In this document: positions 26,705 to 39,768 of the stretch, in pieces
Layout: each line of letters starts with the position of its first letter
Position numbering within the stretch: position 1 is the stretch's first letter
Assembly: GCF_009914755.1 (NCBI RefSeq)
Contig: NC_060930.1
Reading direction: 5' to 3' (one strand)
Origin: the human T2T-CHM13v2.0 reference genome, Homo sapiens
DNA: 64,000 bases
Translations under genes and position numbers: made by a program
Notes under the pieces: model-generated
Told to the model about the DNA's origin: nothing
Database searches by the model: none
The model's input: the letters and a program-made list of their open reading frames with translations, nothing else

Positions 26705-27290
26705 TAGTTTACATTAATAAAGGTATGATGCACAGAGAACAGTGATAGTTCCCTTCAGGGAGGTGATAGTTCCACTCTGCTCTACAAGTGAGGAGACATC
26801 AGCTGGTATTTGTTCTGGGAGTTACTCTTCATAAGGAACATTTGCAAAATAGAAAATATTCAGAAGATGGTGACTGGAATGGTGAGGGGTCTGAAACCAT
26901 GCCATCTGAGAAATATTTAAGGTGACATGAGACATTTAGATGTGAAGACAAGACTTGGAGAGGAGGAATGGAGATAATGGCTGTCTTTGAATATCTGAAC
27001 ATTGTCATATGAATTAGAAACAGCTTTATTTTTATCTTGCTCCTGAGGGCAGAAATCAAGTCTAATGAAAGCAGACTTGGGGCTTAATACAAGGAAGAAA
27101 CAACTCACAATGAGGACTGTCTCAAAATGGATTAAATCTTCTGGCAAAGCAGTGAGCCCCTTCCTGAAAGGGTTCAAGCAGAAGCTGGGTGACCATCTGT
27201 TGGGTTGTTAGAGTGAGAATTCCTGCCCTGGGTAGGATCTGGGAGGCAATGACCTCCAGGCTTCCTCCGTCTCTAAAATTCCATGATTTC
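26705..27290 (+). mobile_element. L3/CR1 3' region
   Basis: gctgtctttgaatatctgaa...gttcaagcagaagctgggtgaccatctg...gacctccaggcttcctcc. Confidence 0.7.
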
Positions 27291-30070
27291 GTGCATGAAG
27301 GAGGGGTGAAACAGCAGCCCGGAGTTTGTTTATGTCCAAGGGCTCAGCACACTTGTTAAAATGTCAGTGCTGTCTGTATGGCATGTCCCATTTGGGGGAT
27401 GTGATCAGGCCACTGGGGGATTCCAAGAAAGCCTGGAAAATTCATTGCTTCCTTGTTTAAGATATTTCTTTCCTCACATAAGTACATTCTATACCTCCAA
27501 GGCTATAGCTGAATTGAGTATTCAAAAGATGAGTAGATGAGGAAGCAGTCACAAGAGACTTTATCATTTATGGAGAGTTTTAGGGCACCTCTAGAATGTT
27601 ATAATTGGGAGAGATGGCAGAGGTCATTCAGTTCAACTTTGCAGTCAATTTAGGAATCCCTTCTACAGAAGGAAATGGGCATTTCCCTTCTGACTTGTAT
27701 GTATTCGAGCTATTCCATTAAGTTATATGTAAGGAATTAATTATGTGGAGTTGCATCTGCTTCCCTATAATCTTCAGCTATGTGCCTGGCCTGTTTTCTG
27801 GATCAGCACAGAAAAAGATCCTCTGTCATTGGCATAGGATCTTCACATATCTGAGGATGCTATGATTGATTTCTCTACTTCGACTTGCCCTTTATGGAGG
27901 TCAAACATCACCAGTCCTTAGGTAATACCTCGGAGGCCACTATCTCCAGACACATCATTGTCTTGGGAAAGGGTCTGGGGCACCTGCATGTCTGTGCCTT
28001 GGTTTCCATGTGTCCCTACTGGAGAGAATTATGCATAGAGAGCGTGGCAGGCATTGGGACTAAACAATAATTGCACCCTTATTCCATGTGGGGGAAGGGT
28101 GGGAACTTCAGGAGTGTGCTGAGGGGGATTTGGGGAAGTGGAAACTTGACCCAATGATGAGTATTGGTGAACCTGGATCCAACAGGAAAATGACTTGACA
28201 CCTGAGCCAGCCACAGCCCCAAATGGATCTTTTCCCTACTCAGTGCAATTTGACCCTTATTGTCCATATAAGCAGAGTAAAGAAGTTGGGGACATAAGGC
28301 TGCTGCTGGACTGAGACTCTAGGCTGCATCAAACACTGCTGAATTAAATTTTAAGATGGGATAGCACATGCATGCTCCAAATAAAAGGAGATATTGCTGT
28401 GACAAATGCAACACACCATTTAGAAACATCTCTTGATTTAGAGTGAGTCATCAAAAGCTTTTTAATCCTGCAGTATGGAGAGTCAGTGGTGCTTTGGTGC
28501 CCTGCCTGTTTCCTGGGTATCCGGCACAGCCTTATACCACGAGCCTCTCATATGACTGGGTACTGCCTTCCTAATGAGCCTGGACAGTGGCTTGCTCCTT
28601 TAGAGCACACACTGGTTTGCACTGCTTCCTGGAAACTACCTCCCTGCTAATAAGCCTTCCCAGTAATAAGCCTCCCTGACAATGCGCCTCCTGACACATG
28701 CTTCCTCAAGTCTGTGCCTCCAAACCCCATGCCTTGACCAGAGTAGGTGTGCTCAACCTGGTATGTTACAATTTCTTCAGCGCCTATTGGAACGACCAAG
28801 TTCCTTTTTCCCAAACCCTAAGGAAGTATTTTTTTTTTTTTGGAATGACCAGGTTTAAGGATTCTCCACTGCCCCTGGTTTGGGAGGAGCTGCTCACGTA
28901 AATAAAGAGGGGATTTTGCCACCACAAGCATAAATACTCACTCTCAGAACAACGAGGCACCACCAGGGAACAAAAGGTGGGTCTTTATAATGTTACATAT
29001 TGATAAAGGTTGTTTTACAATGCCGCTAGTGATACTCAGTTTTGGTGAATTGACTAACATCTCCCACCACATGGCAAGTTTTTTTTTATTTCCCCCAAAC
29101 AAGCTTCCAAAAATAGCCTTATGGCTGATACCTAATTGCATTTCTAACAGAGCTATTCTTCATGTGCAGATAACAGTCTCTGTAACCTGCTGGATCTTGC
29201 AGCTTTATGGGTTTTGGCAAAAAAAGGAGTTGAGGGGGATTGCAGAATTCACTCAGCATGCAGCTTGCTGTCATTACCACGGTGATAAATTTGCTGGTTT
29301 TGGCCTGGGTTCCTGGACACATCCCCATCCAGAGGTATGGAAAAGAGATGAAATGGAAACAGAGAACTCCCAGCCTGAGGCCGGAGACAGTCTGGGAGGG
29401 AAGTAGGGAGCCCAGAATGGGGCTGAAAACCAAAAGGGTAGGGGAGGGAAGGAATGCTCTGCCTGCAGGAGTGTCCATAATTAGTAATTTTTCCTTCAGT
29501 AATTTACCACAGTACATGCTAGAAACACCTTCTCTCCCTTTTGATACATTAATTGATGGATTGTGGGTGGCAGCGGGGAGCAGAGCTTACAGCAATCCAC
29601 GGGAAAGCTCCAGAGGAGACGGGTGACCTTAAATATGACCGCGAGCAGGGTATGTGGAGGTGGTGCTCTGTGTGGTATATGGGTTTTCTCTGTTACTGAG
29701 TAGTTCTAGGGAAAGTATTATCATCATGCAGAAGTGAAACTGATTTTTTTACATCAGTATTCAGTCTTCTGAATAAAACCATTTTCCATAAGCTTCACAC
29801 TCTATTTTGCACGCATGCTAGTTTGAGATTATTCACGTGAACGCTGCTTGGCTGGCCTGGAGGAGAGCTATTCACTTACGACTCCCTGAGTGGCTGTCTG
29901 CTGCTCCTGCAATTTCTGGGATGCTGTGCCTCATTCAACATGTTTATGTTGCTATCAAACAATAAATACTTATCTCTCATCTACTATCGGTTAAGCACTA
30001 TGTTCTAAGTGCTGTGGAATATACACACTCGTAGAAGGCTCTATCCTAACCTAGGAAAGTCAGTGCAGTA

Positions 30071-30265
30071 CAGGGATCAGCAAATAGGTGGCCCGTGTGC
30101 TCTTTCTTTTAAGTGCTGGACCAACGGCTGGCCTTGCTCCTCCATCAGGGATGGTTTGCTTTCCTGCTGAGCCTGAGTTTGGCTCTTCCACACAGCACTC
30201 TGGGCAGCTATAGCCCATCACTTGAAGTTGGACTTGAGATGAAGCAAACCTCTTTGCTATTTCAG
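30071..30265. mobile_element. MER103-like hAT MITE
   Basis: cagggatcagcaaataggtggc...gagatgaagcaaacctctttgctatttcag. Confidence 0.6.
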
Positions 30266-30273
30266 TTATTCTA

Positions 30274-30657
<384 letters not shown>

Positions 30658-32425
30658 TTAGTTGAATGGGCTAACCAACGTCTCTAACCTCAATGTTATC
30701 ATTTGAAAAATGGAAAAATATTATAACTGCAATAATATCTGCTTTGCTATATCTCAAGATCTTTCAGAGGAGCAAGGGATAACGCACCAGCATGTATGAT
30801 ATGCCACACTCGTTTTAGGTATTCAGGCACTTTCAGACATATTGGAAGGATACTACATGGTTAAGATGACAGGTCAAGCGGCTAAATGTCAAATCAATGG
30901 TAGAGATACATTTAGAGGAGGGAAAGGAGACATTGGGAAAGGCATAATTACTACAGGCGAATTGAGTAGGCTCAGAAAAGAGCAAGGGTGTTAAGGTGCG
31001 CTTGGGAAGGGCACCTCAGTCTGAGAGAACTGCTGGGACAATAATGCAGAGGCCAAGTATATACTGGTTTGGGACAGGGGCGGCAAGGGAAGGTTGAGTG
31101 GAGGACTAGGGCTGGGGAAGACTAAGTTGTATTCATACTGGAGTCTGGGGTCCTGGGTAATTACTAAGAGCTCTGGACCCAGATAAATGCTATTTGTCTG
31201 TTTGACTATACTACTAGAGTTTCTGGGCAAAATCTGGTTAATATAAACATCAGTTGTAGAACTGGGGTGTGGGGAGAATATGCAGAATATGTTTCCTGCC
31301 TGAGGGGCCTCTTTGAAATGGAAGGTCTAGTTAGAGGCTCCGAACTCTGAGTGACAATTTCAGCTGTCATGTGAGAAGCAGTTTTTTTGGTACTAACATG
31401 GAGGATCATGATAACCAAAAGGTTAGATCCCTAAAGGCTGTGTGTAAGGCTAGTTGTAAAAATAATGGGCCTAGAATAAATTGTGTAATCCTTACACGGA
31501 TTCCCAACTAACAGGAGGATGTAAATTCTTTGAAACCTTAAAATCAGACATATTCATGTCCCCCTTGCTAATATATATTTCATCAGGCTTTATCCAAACT
31601 TGTTGGTATACTTTGAAAATGTATTGAGTCAGGAACTACCTCTTCTCACCATAGCAGTGGTGGATAAAATAGAAAAGAGACTATCAGGAAGACATTGTGG
31701 GATTTGATTATGAGACATATTTCTGAAGACCAGAAGTAGGACGGAAATGCAAAAATGGTGAGTGGAGCTGAGGCCTTGAACTTGCAAAGCACTGGTTCCA
31801 GAAGTAGGAAGGTAACTAAAACAGCGCCATGCGGAACAGGGTAAGAGTCTGGCACATTGTTTGAGGCTGCGGGTTGAAGTGAGGCTCCCTACCACCCAAT
31901 CTGTGAGTGAAAGGGGACTGATGAAACGTGCACCAGATGTTGCCTGGGGCTATGGTTTCCAACTCAATGCAAGCCCAAGGAGGAAGAAACGTACAAACTC
32001 AGCCCCTCTCCAGCTGCTAAGCCCAGCTGCTCACGGGCTCTATACAGGGTCTGCTCATCTCCAGTACTGTTACGGAGCAGTCACTCCAAATTGTCTTTAC
32101 TGGAGTTGATTCTGGATTGGGGGCCTGGAGGGTCTGTCAGCCAGAGAGGGATGAACACAAAGAAAAAGAGAGTAAGAGAAATAAATAAAACGTGTTTCGT
32201 TAAAAATGGGCCTGCCCAGCAAAATGCCAAAATATATGAATAAATCTCATGCTAAAAAAAAGATAGTCAAGTTCAATAGTTGGAACATGAATTAGTTACA
32301 GATGAAAGTAATTTTCTGGGCAGGCAGATGAAGACATTTGTTGATGCAGAAGCACAGAGGGTTGAGTTAATTTTACTCTTCAGTTTAGGGTACACCACTC
32401 ATCAGCCTGGGCAATGCCTCTCTGG

Positions 32426-32527
32426 TATGTATGTTTGTATGTATGTATAGGTGTATGTATACATATGCATGTATGTATATATGAATGCATGTATATATAT
32501 ATATGTGTGTGTGTGTGTATACATGTA
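32426..32527. repeat. (TATG)n/(TA)n/(TG)n compound microsatellite
   Basis: Direct inspection. Confidence 0.9.
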
Positions 32528-32539
32528 TTTTGGCCCTGA

Positions 32540-33010
32540 TACTTCATGTCTCATGTCCTATTCTTATTCTCCTCTTCTTCCAACAGGCAACCATTCTAGT
32601 TGGTTTGATGTATGTGCTTTTATTGTAGGTGTTCTTACAATTTGTATTAAAGTTTTCTGTGTAGTTTTAAGCTGTGAAAGTAATATTGTGCTATAGATCT
32701 CATTCTGTTTCTTACTTATTTATTAGTACTGTTTTTGACATCTGTTTTGCTGTATATGCATCTAATTCTCAGTTTCTGACTGCTACATCCATTCCACAGA
32801 ATGCACCCCAACTTTTACTTCCATTTTTTGATAGTTGAACAACTGGATTGCACCTCACTCCCACTAACACAAACAGTGCTGTGATGACCATCCCTAAACA
32901 TGTAGTCTTATAAGTCTGTGAGAACATTTCTCTGCTGGGTCTCAGCAGATTTGCATAATTAATTTGAGTGCTGCCCTCCATAATGATTGTGCTAGTCTAT
33001 CTGCCCAAGG
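32540..33010 (-). mobile_element. L1ME-like 3' fragment
   Basis: caggcaaccattctag...acaaacagtgctgtgatgaccatccc. Confidence 0.6.
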
Positions 33011-33029
33011 CAAAGACCTTAAAGTATGT

Positions 33030-33795
33030 TGAGGATACTTAACGAGATTAATGAAGGGATACATTTTCTTTAAAAAGAATAAGAAATATGTGACAAATAG
33101 GTATAAATGATACAAGAATAGGTGGATAGAACAGAAATTTTGAAATAAAAATTAGTCATTGAAACAAATAAAAAGTACAGAGACTAAGGAAATAAACCCT
33201 AGATGGGGTAAATTTCAAAAGTGAATTAGTGAATTGGAAGACAGTTGGAAAAACTGACTCAAACACAGCACAGAAAGCAAGACATAAAAATGGGGAAAGC
33301 GGTTAAAAGTCACAGAGAAGAGACTGAGAGGCTTCCTCATTTGTCTAGAATTCTAGAAGAGAATGGAGGCAAATGGTAAAGAAGCAAATGGAGGCAAATG
33401 GTAAAGAATGGTGAAGAGATAGCAGTTGAGATTTTCCAGCATTCGAGAAAAATATAAGCCCTTGGGTTGAAAGTGCAGTTTGAGTATTGAGCAGGATAAA
33501 TAAAAATAAATCCACCCCCACACATATCATAGTAAAATTACAGAACTTCAGGGAATCAGAACCACTATTAACAGCTTCCAGGGGACCTGCAAAGGAGGAA
33601 CTTAGATGACCGCCCACTCCTCAGTGACAACCACAGGTGCCGGGAGATAGTGGAGGGAAACAACTGTCAACGTGAATTTTATTCATACCCAAACTATCAT
33701 TCACAGGTGAGGGCACAGTAAAGACATTATCAGTCATAAGAAGACAAAGAGCATTTACCACCCGCAGGCCCTCTCTCCCTAAAAGAACTCAACTG
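33030..33795 (+). mobile_element. Ancient L1 ORF1/HAL1-like fragment
   Basis: gaattagtgaattggaagacag...aggataaataaaaataaatccacccccacacatatcatagtaaaattacagaac. Confidence 0.65.
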
Positions 33796-33804
33796 AGGCA
33801 GCCA

Positions 33805-34035
33805 AGCGTGGAGGGTGAGTGCGTGGACTCTGGAGCCAACCCCCTTGGGTTTGCATCCAGCTGGGCCACTTACTGTGTAACCTCCTGCAAGTGACTGAAT
33901 GTCAGTGTGCCTCAGTTTTGACATCTGAAAAATGGGGATAATAACAGCATTTGTGCTGTGACAACTGAATTAGGTCACATGTGTCAAGTGCTTAAGGAGT
34001 TCCTGACATATAATAAAAACTGTGTAAGTGTGAAA
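33805..34035 (+). mobile_element. MIR
   Basis: gtgcctcagttttgacatctgaaaaatggggataataacag. Confidence 0.8.
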
Positions 34036-37000
34036 GTTGTTATGATCAGCAAGAAGAAAAATAAACACAAAGATGGGGGATAAAAGAAGTAATAGCATAA
34101 AATGTAAATAAAATATTTAAGTAAAAATATTTTATTATTTGACCATTAAAAACCTCTGTGTGTATGTGTATGTGTGTATCTGAAAACCAACATTTTAGGC
34201 AATAATAACAAAGTGAAGATAAAGTAGTGAGATGTTCAGTGGGGAGTTAAAACCAGCTGTGACCCTGGATGTGGTTGGGAGGAGGATATATTTGGAACAA
34301 CTACAGACATTGTTATAGTTACTTTTTAACTCTAGAAGAATAAAAATATGTACAGTAGCAGCCAAATCAATAGAAGATCAGAAAAAAAGGCAAGGGATGG
34401 GTGTTGTGGGGAGGGAATGCCAACATTTTCACAATTCGACAGAAGCCAAGGAAGAAGAAAAAAGGAATCAGAGAAAAGAATGGGGTATAAATGATCCTGT
34501 GTTTGGTGAAACAAACAATGGCAAGAGCTTTACATATACGTATGTAAATAACTGTGTGTTTGTGTGTGTGTGTTTGTGCACGCACATATGCCCTTGTGCA
34601 TATATATGTATATGTATGATGCTGTGACCATGGAGGTTATGTGAATGAATATCTACAATGCTATGACAGGTTACTGAGGGTGGAAGTGGGGTGGAGAGTG
34701 AATTGGGTAGGAGAGGATAAAGCCGAGCAAGATCAAACAAAATAGAAAATGTACTTTAATAAAGGCGCATGATTTACGATTCACATAAAAGCTATATTTG
34801 TATATATTTATAAAAAGAAATAAAAATTAAATACCCACTGCACTTCCTTGATAGGGAAATGTGATGTTACTATAGCATGCTGGAAATTGCGCTTGAGCAC
34901 CTGCCACACATGTGATGTCATCTGCCATGTGTGCTGACTGAAAATATTCATAACCGAAGTCTCAGCGACAGGGATAGGGGAAATAAGGAGGGTTTCAGCA
35001 TCGGATTATTTGGCAGAGCTGTGTTATTCACCAGCAGCCTGGCAAAGAAGTGAAGGTGGAAGACAGAGAGTCCCAGAGGCAGCCCAAGACAGCAAGGGAT
35101 TTCCATTGGCTTGGGGGCCAGGGGTGGGGGCACCTCTGAGAAGCCTTCTTCCCTTGTTGAGGTCAGGGCAACAGGTCCTTCCATGGGTTCCTCAAAGAGA
35201 AAGGTCCAGCAATGGAACATACAGTGGGAGGCCAGGAGTGGCCTAAATGCTAGGCAAATGTTTTTAAGCTGCCTTATTCTAAACTGACATTTCATTTCTC
35301 CAGAATTCAAGATTCTTCTTCCATTTAGTATGCTAAACATCACAGTTGATAACATAATCGAGTCACAGAGAGAGGGGGAAAGCAGCTCCTTATAAAAGAT
35401 ATCAATACTTTCTAGAAAAACATCACCGGAACTTGTCTTGATTTCCCCCCGTGGGGATTTTCTCAAGGGCTCCCCATCACCTCGGCCCTATCTTGTGGAG
35501 GAGGATGTGCCTGGTAATTAATGAACATTTCAGCTTGGGATGAAAACACCAGACAGTAGTCTGGGCTTTTCAAGACAGCTCCTTGCTTATCATTATGACG
35601 GTACATGATAATCACATTTTGGGGAATGCTCTCATTTACAAAAAATGACCAAATTATACCATGTCTGGGAGACCCAATTTCTTTTGCTGTGGGATATTCA
35701 CTTGGGCTACCCAAGTAATCAAAATAATCACACAAGATTAGCACGTTCTGCCTGAAGCTCAAGCATTTGGCTATTGTATATGTGTAATTAAGCTAAGAAG
35801 CTTATTGATATCACTATTTCTGTATGTGATACTATTATATAAACAGATTCAGAGAATTAAGTAAGCACATTTGTTAAAAGCTCAAACAAACGTGGAGATG
35901 CAAGTAGGTGAGCATTAGGAAAATTTTCAGCTCAGCAACCAGCATGAATTATTAAATACTAAACATCTCAGGGAGCTGAGGGCTCATGATTGTGTTGGTA
36001 TCTATTCAAAAGATGTTACTTTAGATGCTTGAAAGTTCTTCTCAGCAAAGGGGGATATAACCAGCTTCCAAGGCCTGCCCTGGAGGAGTAGCTGTAGTTC
36101 ACAATTGTTCTTTCTGTTTGAAGATGTGGTTCCGGTTGCCAGAAATGTTGTGGGGGGTGAGGGCAGGGCCCAGGTAGCCACTGCCTCTGATTTCCATCCT
36201 TATATCCCCAGAAGTAGCCCAGGGTACACTCTTAGGAGTACCTGGGGGCATTCAAATCTCCTCTACTCCAGTGTGGGTGGGACAGGTATATTCCATCTGT
36301 TCCCAACATGCTCCTACTTGCACTGGAGGCTAGTTTGTAGGACCCCTCACTAACTGGGAGGTAGAGGGCAGGTTCACTGAAGGGACATAAAATCAACCCC
36401 AAGCACTGAGATGTTTGATTTTGCAGTGAATATAGTTTTAAAAACTTGGATTCTAACATGAAAACAGCAAGTTTTACATGGCTCTTTGATATAAATAATC
36501 AACTCTTTCACTCCAAAATAAAACTTGATTCTACTCATTTAATTTTAAATCAGTTAGTGCTTAAAAAAAAGTCAGTGGGAAAAAACAAGCCCCAATTAAG
36601 GCTCACTGCTGGACAAACTTCCAGCTGGCCTGTAAAATAATTGCCTAACACAGAGTTGGTGCTTCATGATGTGGGAATTGTTCTCCATTTGAAGAGACTG
36701 GAGATTAGGAGGAATGTGTTAGTGAGTTTGTGAATAAAAGACAAAACTGAATGGAAATGGTTTCAGCTTCCAGGTTCAAAAGTCATTGTTAGATGTTGCA
36801 TATGCACGTTGCGTCTTTCTGGTGCAATGGGCCAGGCCCACCATTGAATCTGTGAGGCTCCCTGTGCTCTGTCTCTGCACTCACCTCCATGGGAGTGGCA
36901 TGGGGGTGGATACATTAGTGCATCTCAGGAAAACCATCCAAGGGAGCCAACGGGGGCCGAGCCCAGCAGGTGCACTGGGAAACTGTGGTGGAGTGGGGAG

Positions 37001-37119
37001 CCAGAGAAAGGTGGCTAGCCTTCAGAGACAACTGAACAGCAGTGAAGGCCCGTCAGAGGAGAGGGAGTGGAAAACGGCAGGAGAAGTTGCAGAGGGAATC
37101 CTGGGCCTACAATAATGGA

Positions 37120-37320
37120 AAGAGCATGGGTTCTGGGAGCAGGTAGACTGGCACTGCCACCTCCTACTGTGACCCTAGGCTACTTAATCCCTTTGAGCCT
37201 CAATTTCTTCATTAAAATAGGGTGATAACACCAACCTTGCAAGGTTGCTGCAAGAATTAGACCCAAGGTACATAAAGCCCCCAGCACAGTGCCTGGCACA
37301 TTGTAGGTGCACAATGAGTG
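37120..37320 (+). mobile_element. MIR
   Basis: tttgagcctcaatttcttcattaaaatagggtgataacacc...cagcacagtgcctggcacattgtagg. Confidence 0.8.
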
Positions 37321-39355
37321 GTGGTCATCATGGTGGTGGTAGTAATAAAAAGTAATGATTATGAGGTGGGTGGCTCTGATTACAAATAACACTGCATGGA
37401 GGATTGAAGCAAGCTAACCTATTGCAATTGTTTCTAAGGTCTTGATCACATTCAAATATGGCAGGACATCTGTATTTTCCCCTGTTCCCTTTTAGAAAAG
37501 CATCTTTCAGGCCTAAATTAACAAGTTATCGTGGGCCCAGCAGACTTTGCTGAAGTGCCTCTCTCCGCCTCGGTGGGGAGGAAGGGGGGACAGTCACATG
37601 TCCTTGCAATTGTCCAAATCAGGGTTTCACAAAGCAGAGCTGTGACCTTTCAGCACTCGCTGACTCCAACTTTTTACAAATTTAGTTTATCTTTACTAAA
37701 CCTTCTCCCTTCTGATCAGTTATTTACCCTCAAATTCACCATCACTTTAGTTAGTAATGGGGTCTTCCATATTCCGTTATAGTCAAATATGATTGATTTC
37801 TGTAATTGGAAGTAAATGACTTTTTAAAAAGCTTGCTTGAAATGCTGGTGGTAATGGTTCTGTTTTCAGAGCCTGGGATGATTTCTATCCCCATCCCATT
37901 ATTTTACTTTATTTTATTCCAGAAAAATAACACCAGAGCTCTTTCTCCTTTTGTTTCCTCTGAGGCTAAATATTTTCAAAGAGGAAAGAGGAAGGAGAGA
38001 GGTGGAGATGGACATCCCACCATTTTACAGACGGTGCTTTTCAGGAGTGACATATTTCAGGAAGAACATCGTTTCCCCCTCCCTGAACTTGAGTTCTGCC
38101 TGCCTGAAATTCCAGTACGCATGGCTCTGTTTCTTACCGATCTCAGTCCTGGTGGATATAAGCTGGTCATTTTGGGGATAATGCATAATAAGGAAATCTA
38201 GGGAGTTAGGACTAGAAAAAAGAGGCAAAGCAGACAACATAACCAAATGAGAGGTTTTTGCAGTGAAGCTTTGGGAGATGAGGGAAGCTGCAGTACACAT
38301 GGCCCGAGAACTACACTTCTTCAGCCAACAAAATGAGTGAGCAGGGGGAGCGGGAAATCAGAAGGTGTGTAAGAAGGGCTGATGGCACGATTTTGGGTGC
38401 TGTGTCTCTGGGGAGTCAACAATTCCAAGGGCTAATATCAGGAAGGCAGTGAATACCCAGAGAGAAGAAAAACAGAGATGGAGAGGGAATTGCCACAATA
38501 TGCAAAGATAAAAATAATTTACAAGCTTCAGGTTGAATCTTTAGGGGAGAGAGATCCTGAAAAATTTTCTGCGTCCAAGGGATAGTAAATGGAGGCTAAA
38601 TATACAGAGCCCATTATGATGAATGAAATGTTATTATGATTCTTTAGTGTATTGGTTTTAATGTTTTGTTTTGGTGAATATAAAAATATTTGTAGGGACT
38701 TTTATAGGTTTACTTGTAAACTTAATCTTGCTTTTCACATAAAGGCGTAATCCTTAATTATGGCTTTTTCTATCACAGGGATGTTCAGTTCCTTCGTGGC
38801 TAGGGACAGGTGGATAACTGTTTCCTATAATGTGGGAGATGTGATAATGTACATCCCAGAGCACAGCACTTGTTTCTAATCCTCATCGAAGCAGAAGTTG
38901 ATTTCATTTCAGCTAATGGAGCATATTGATCATCAGCTGCTCCAGGGTCTAACAGGTGCCAGGAGGAGACCAAACCTTCACATTCTTTGAACTTGGGAAG
39001 GTAAAATTTCCAGAATAAGGAGCAGCCTTTGCCTTCTATGAGAAAGTCTGGATATTATCTTTGAGAAAAACATGGCTCTGTTGGAGACAAGCTAATCATT
39101 TTAATGGGGCATTTGAGGTTTGTACATGTAAGGTAAAGATACACCATTATTTTGGGGGAAGCTCTAAAAATGAAATAACCCAAATGCAGGTAGGTGCTTC
39201 TAAGTAAGAGTTAGATGTTCTATTTAGTATTCTGTCTTCAGAAACACAGATCGGGTGCTTCTTTAGCAGAACTATAGGTTTGCAGAGCTAGAGATTAAAA
39301 AATATCTTCATACAGTTTATCTATGCCTAAAAAGTAATGCTTGTACTTTGGATGT

Positions 39356-39768
39356 TGTGATGGTTAGTTTTATATGTCAAAGCGTATAGGCTACAGTGCT
39401 CAGATGTTTGCTTAAACACTAGTCTAGAGGTTGCTTTTAGATGTGGTTAATGTTTAAATCAGTAGCCTTCAAGAAAAATAGATTACCATCCATAATGGGA
39501 GTGGGCCTCACCCAGTCAGTTAAAGGCCTTAAGAGAAAAAAGACTGAAGTCCTCCAGAGCAGAATGAATTGTGCCTCCAGACTGCCTTTGGACTTGACCT
39601 GCAACATCAACTCTTCTTTGGCTCTCCAGCTTATAGGCTTGCCCTGTTCGAGTTGAACTTGCCAGCCCCTACAATCTCATGAGCCAATGCCTCAAAATAA
39701 ATCTCTCTCTCTCTGTATCTATGCACATCCTTTTGGCTCTGTTTTTCTGGAGAACCCTGACTAATACA
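39356..39768 (+). mobile_element. Complete MLT2-type (C1-like) solo LTR
   Basis: TGtgatggtta...accctgactaataCA; 5-bp TSD gatgt/gatga. Confidence 0.9.
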
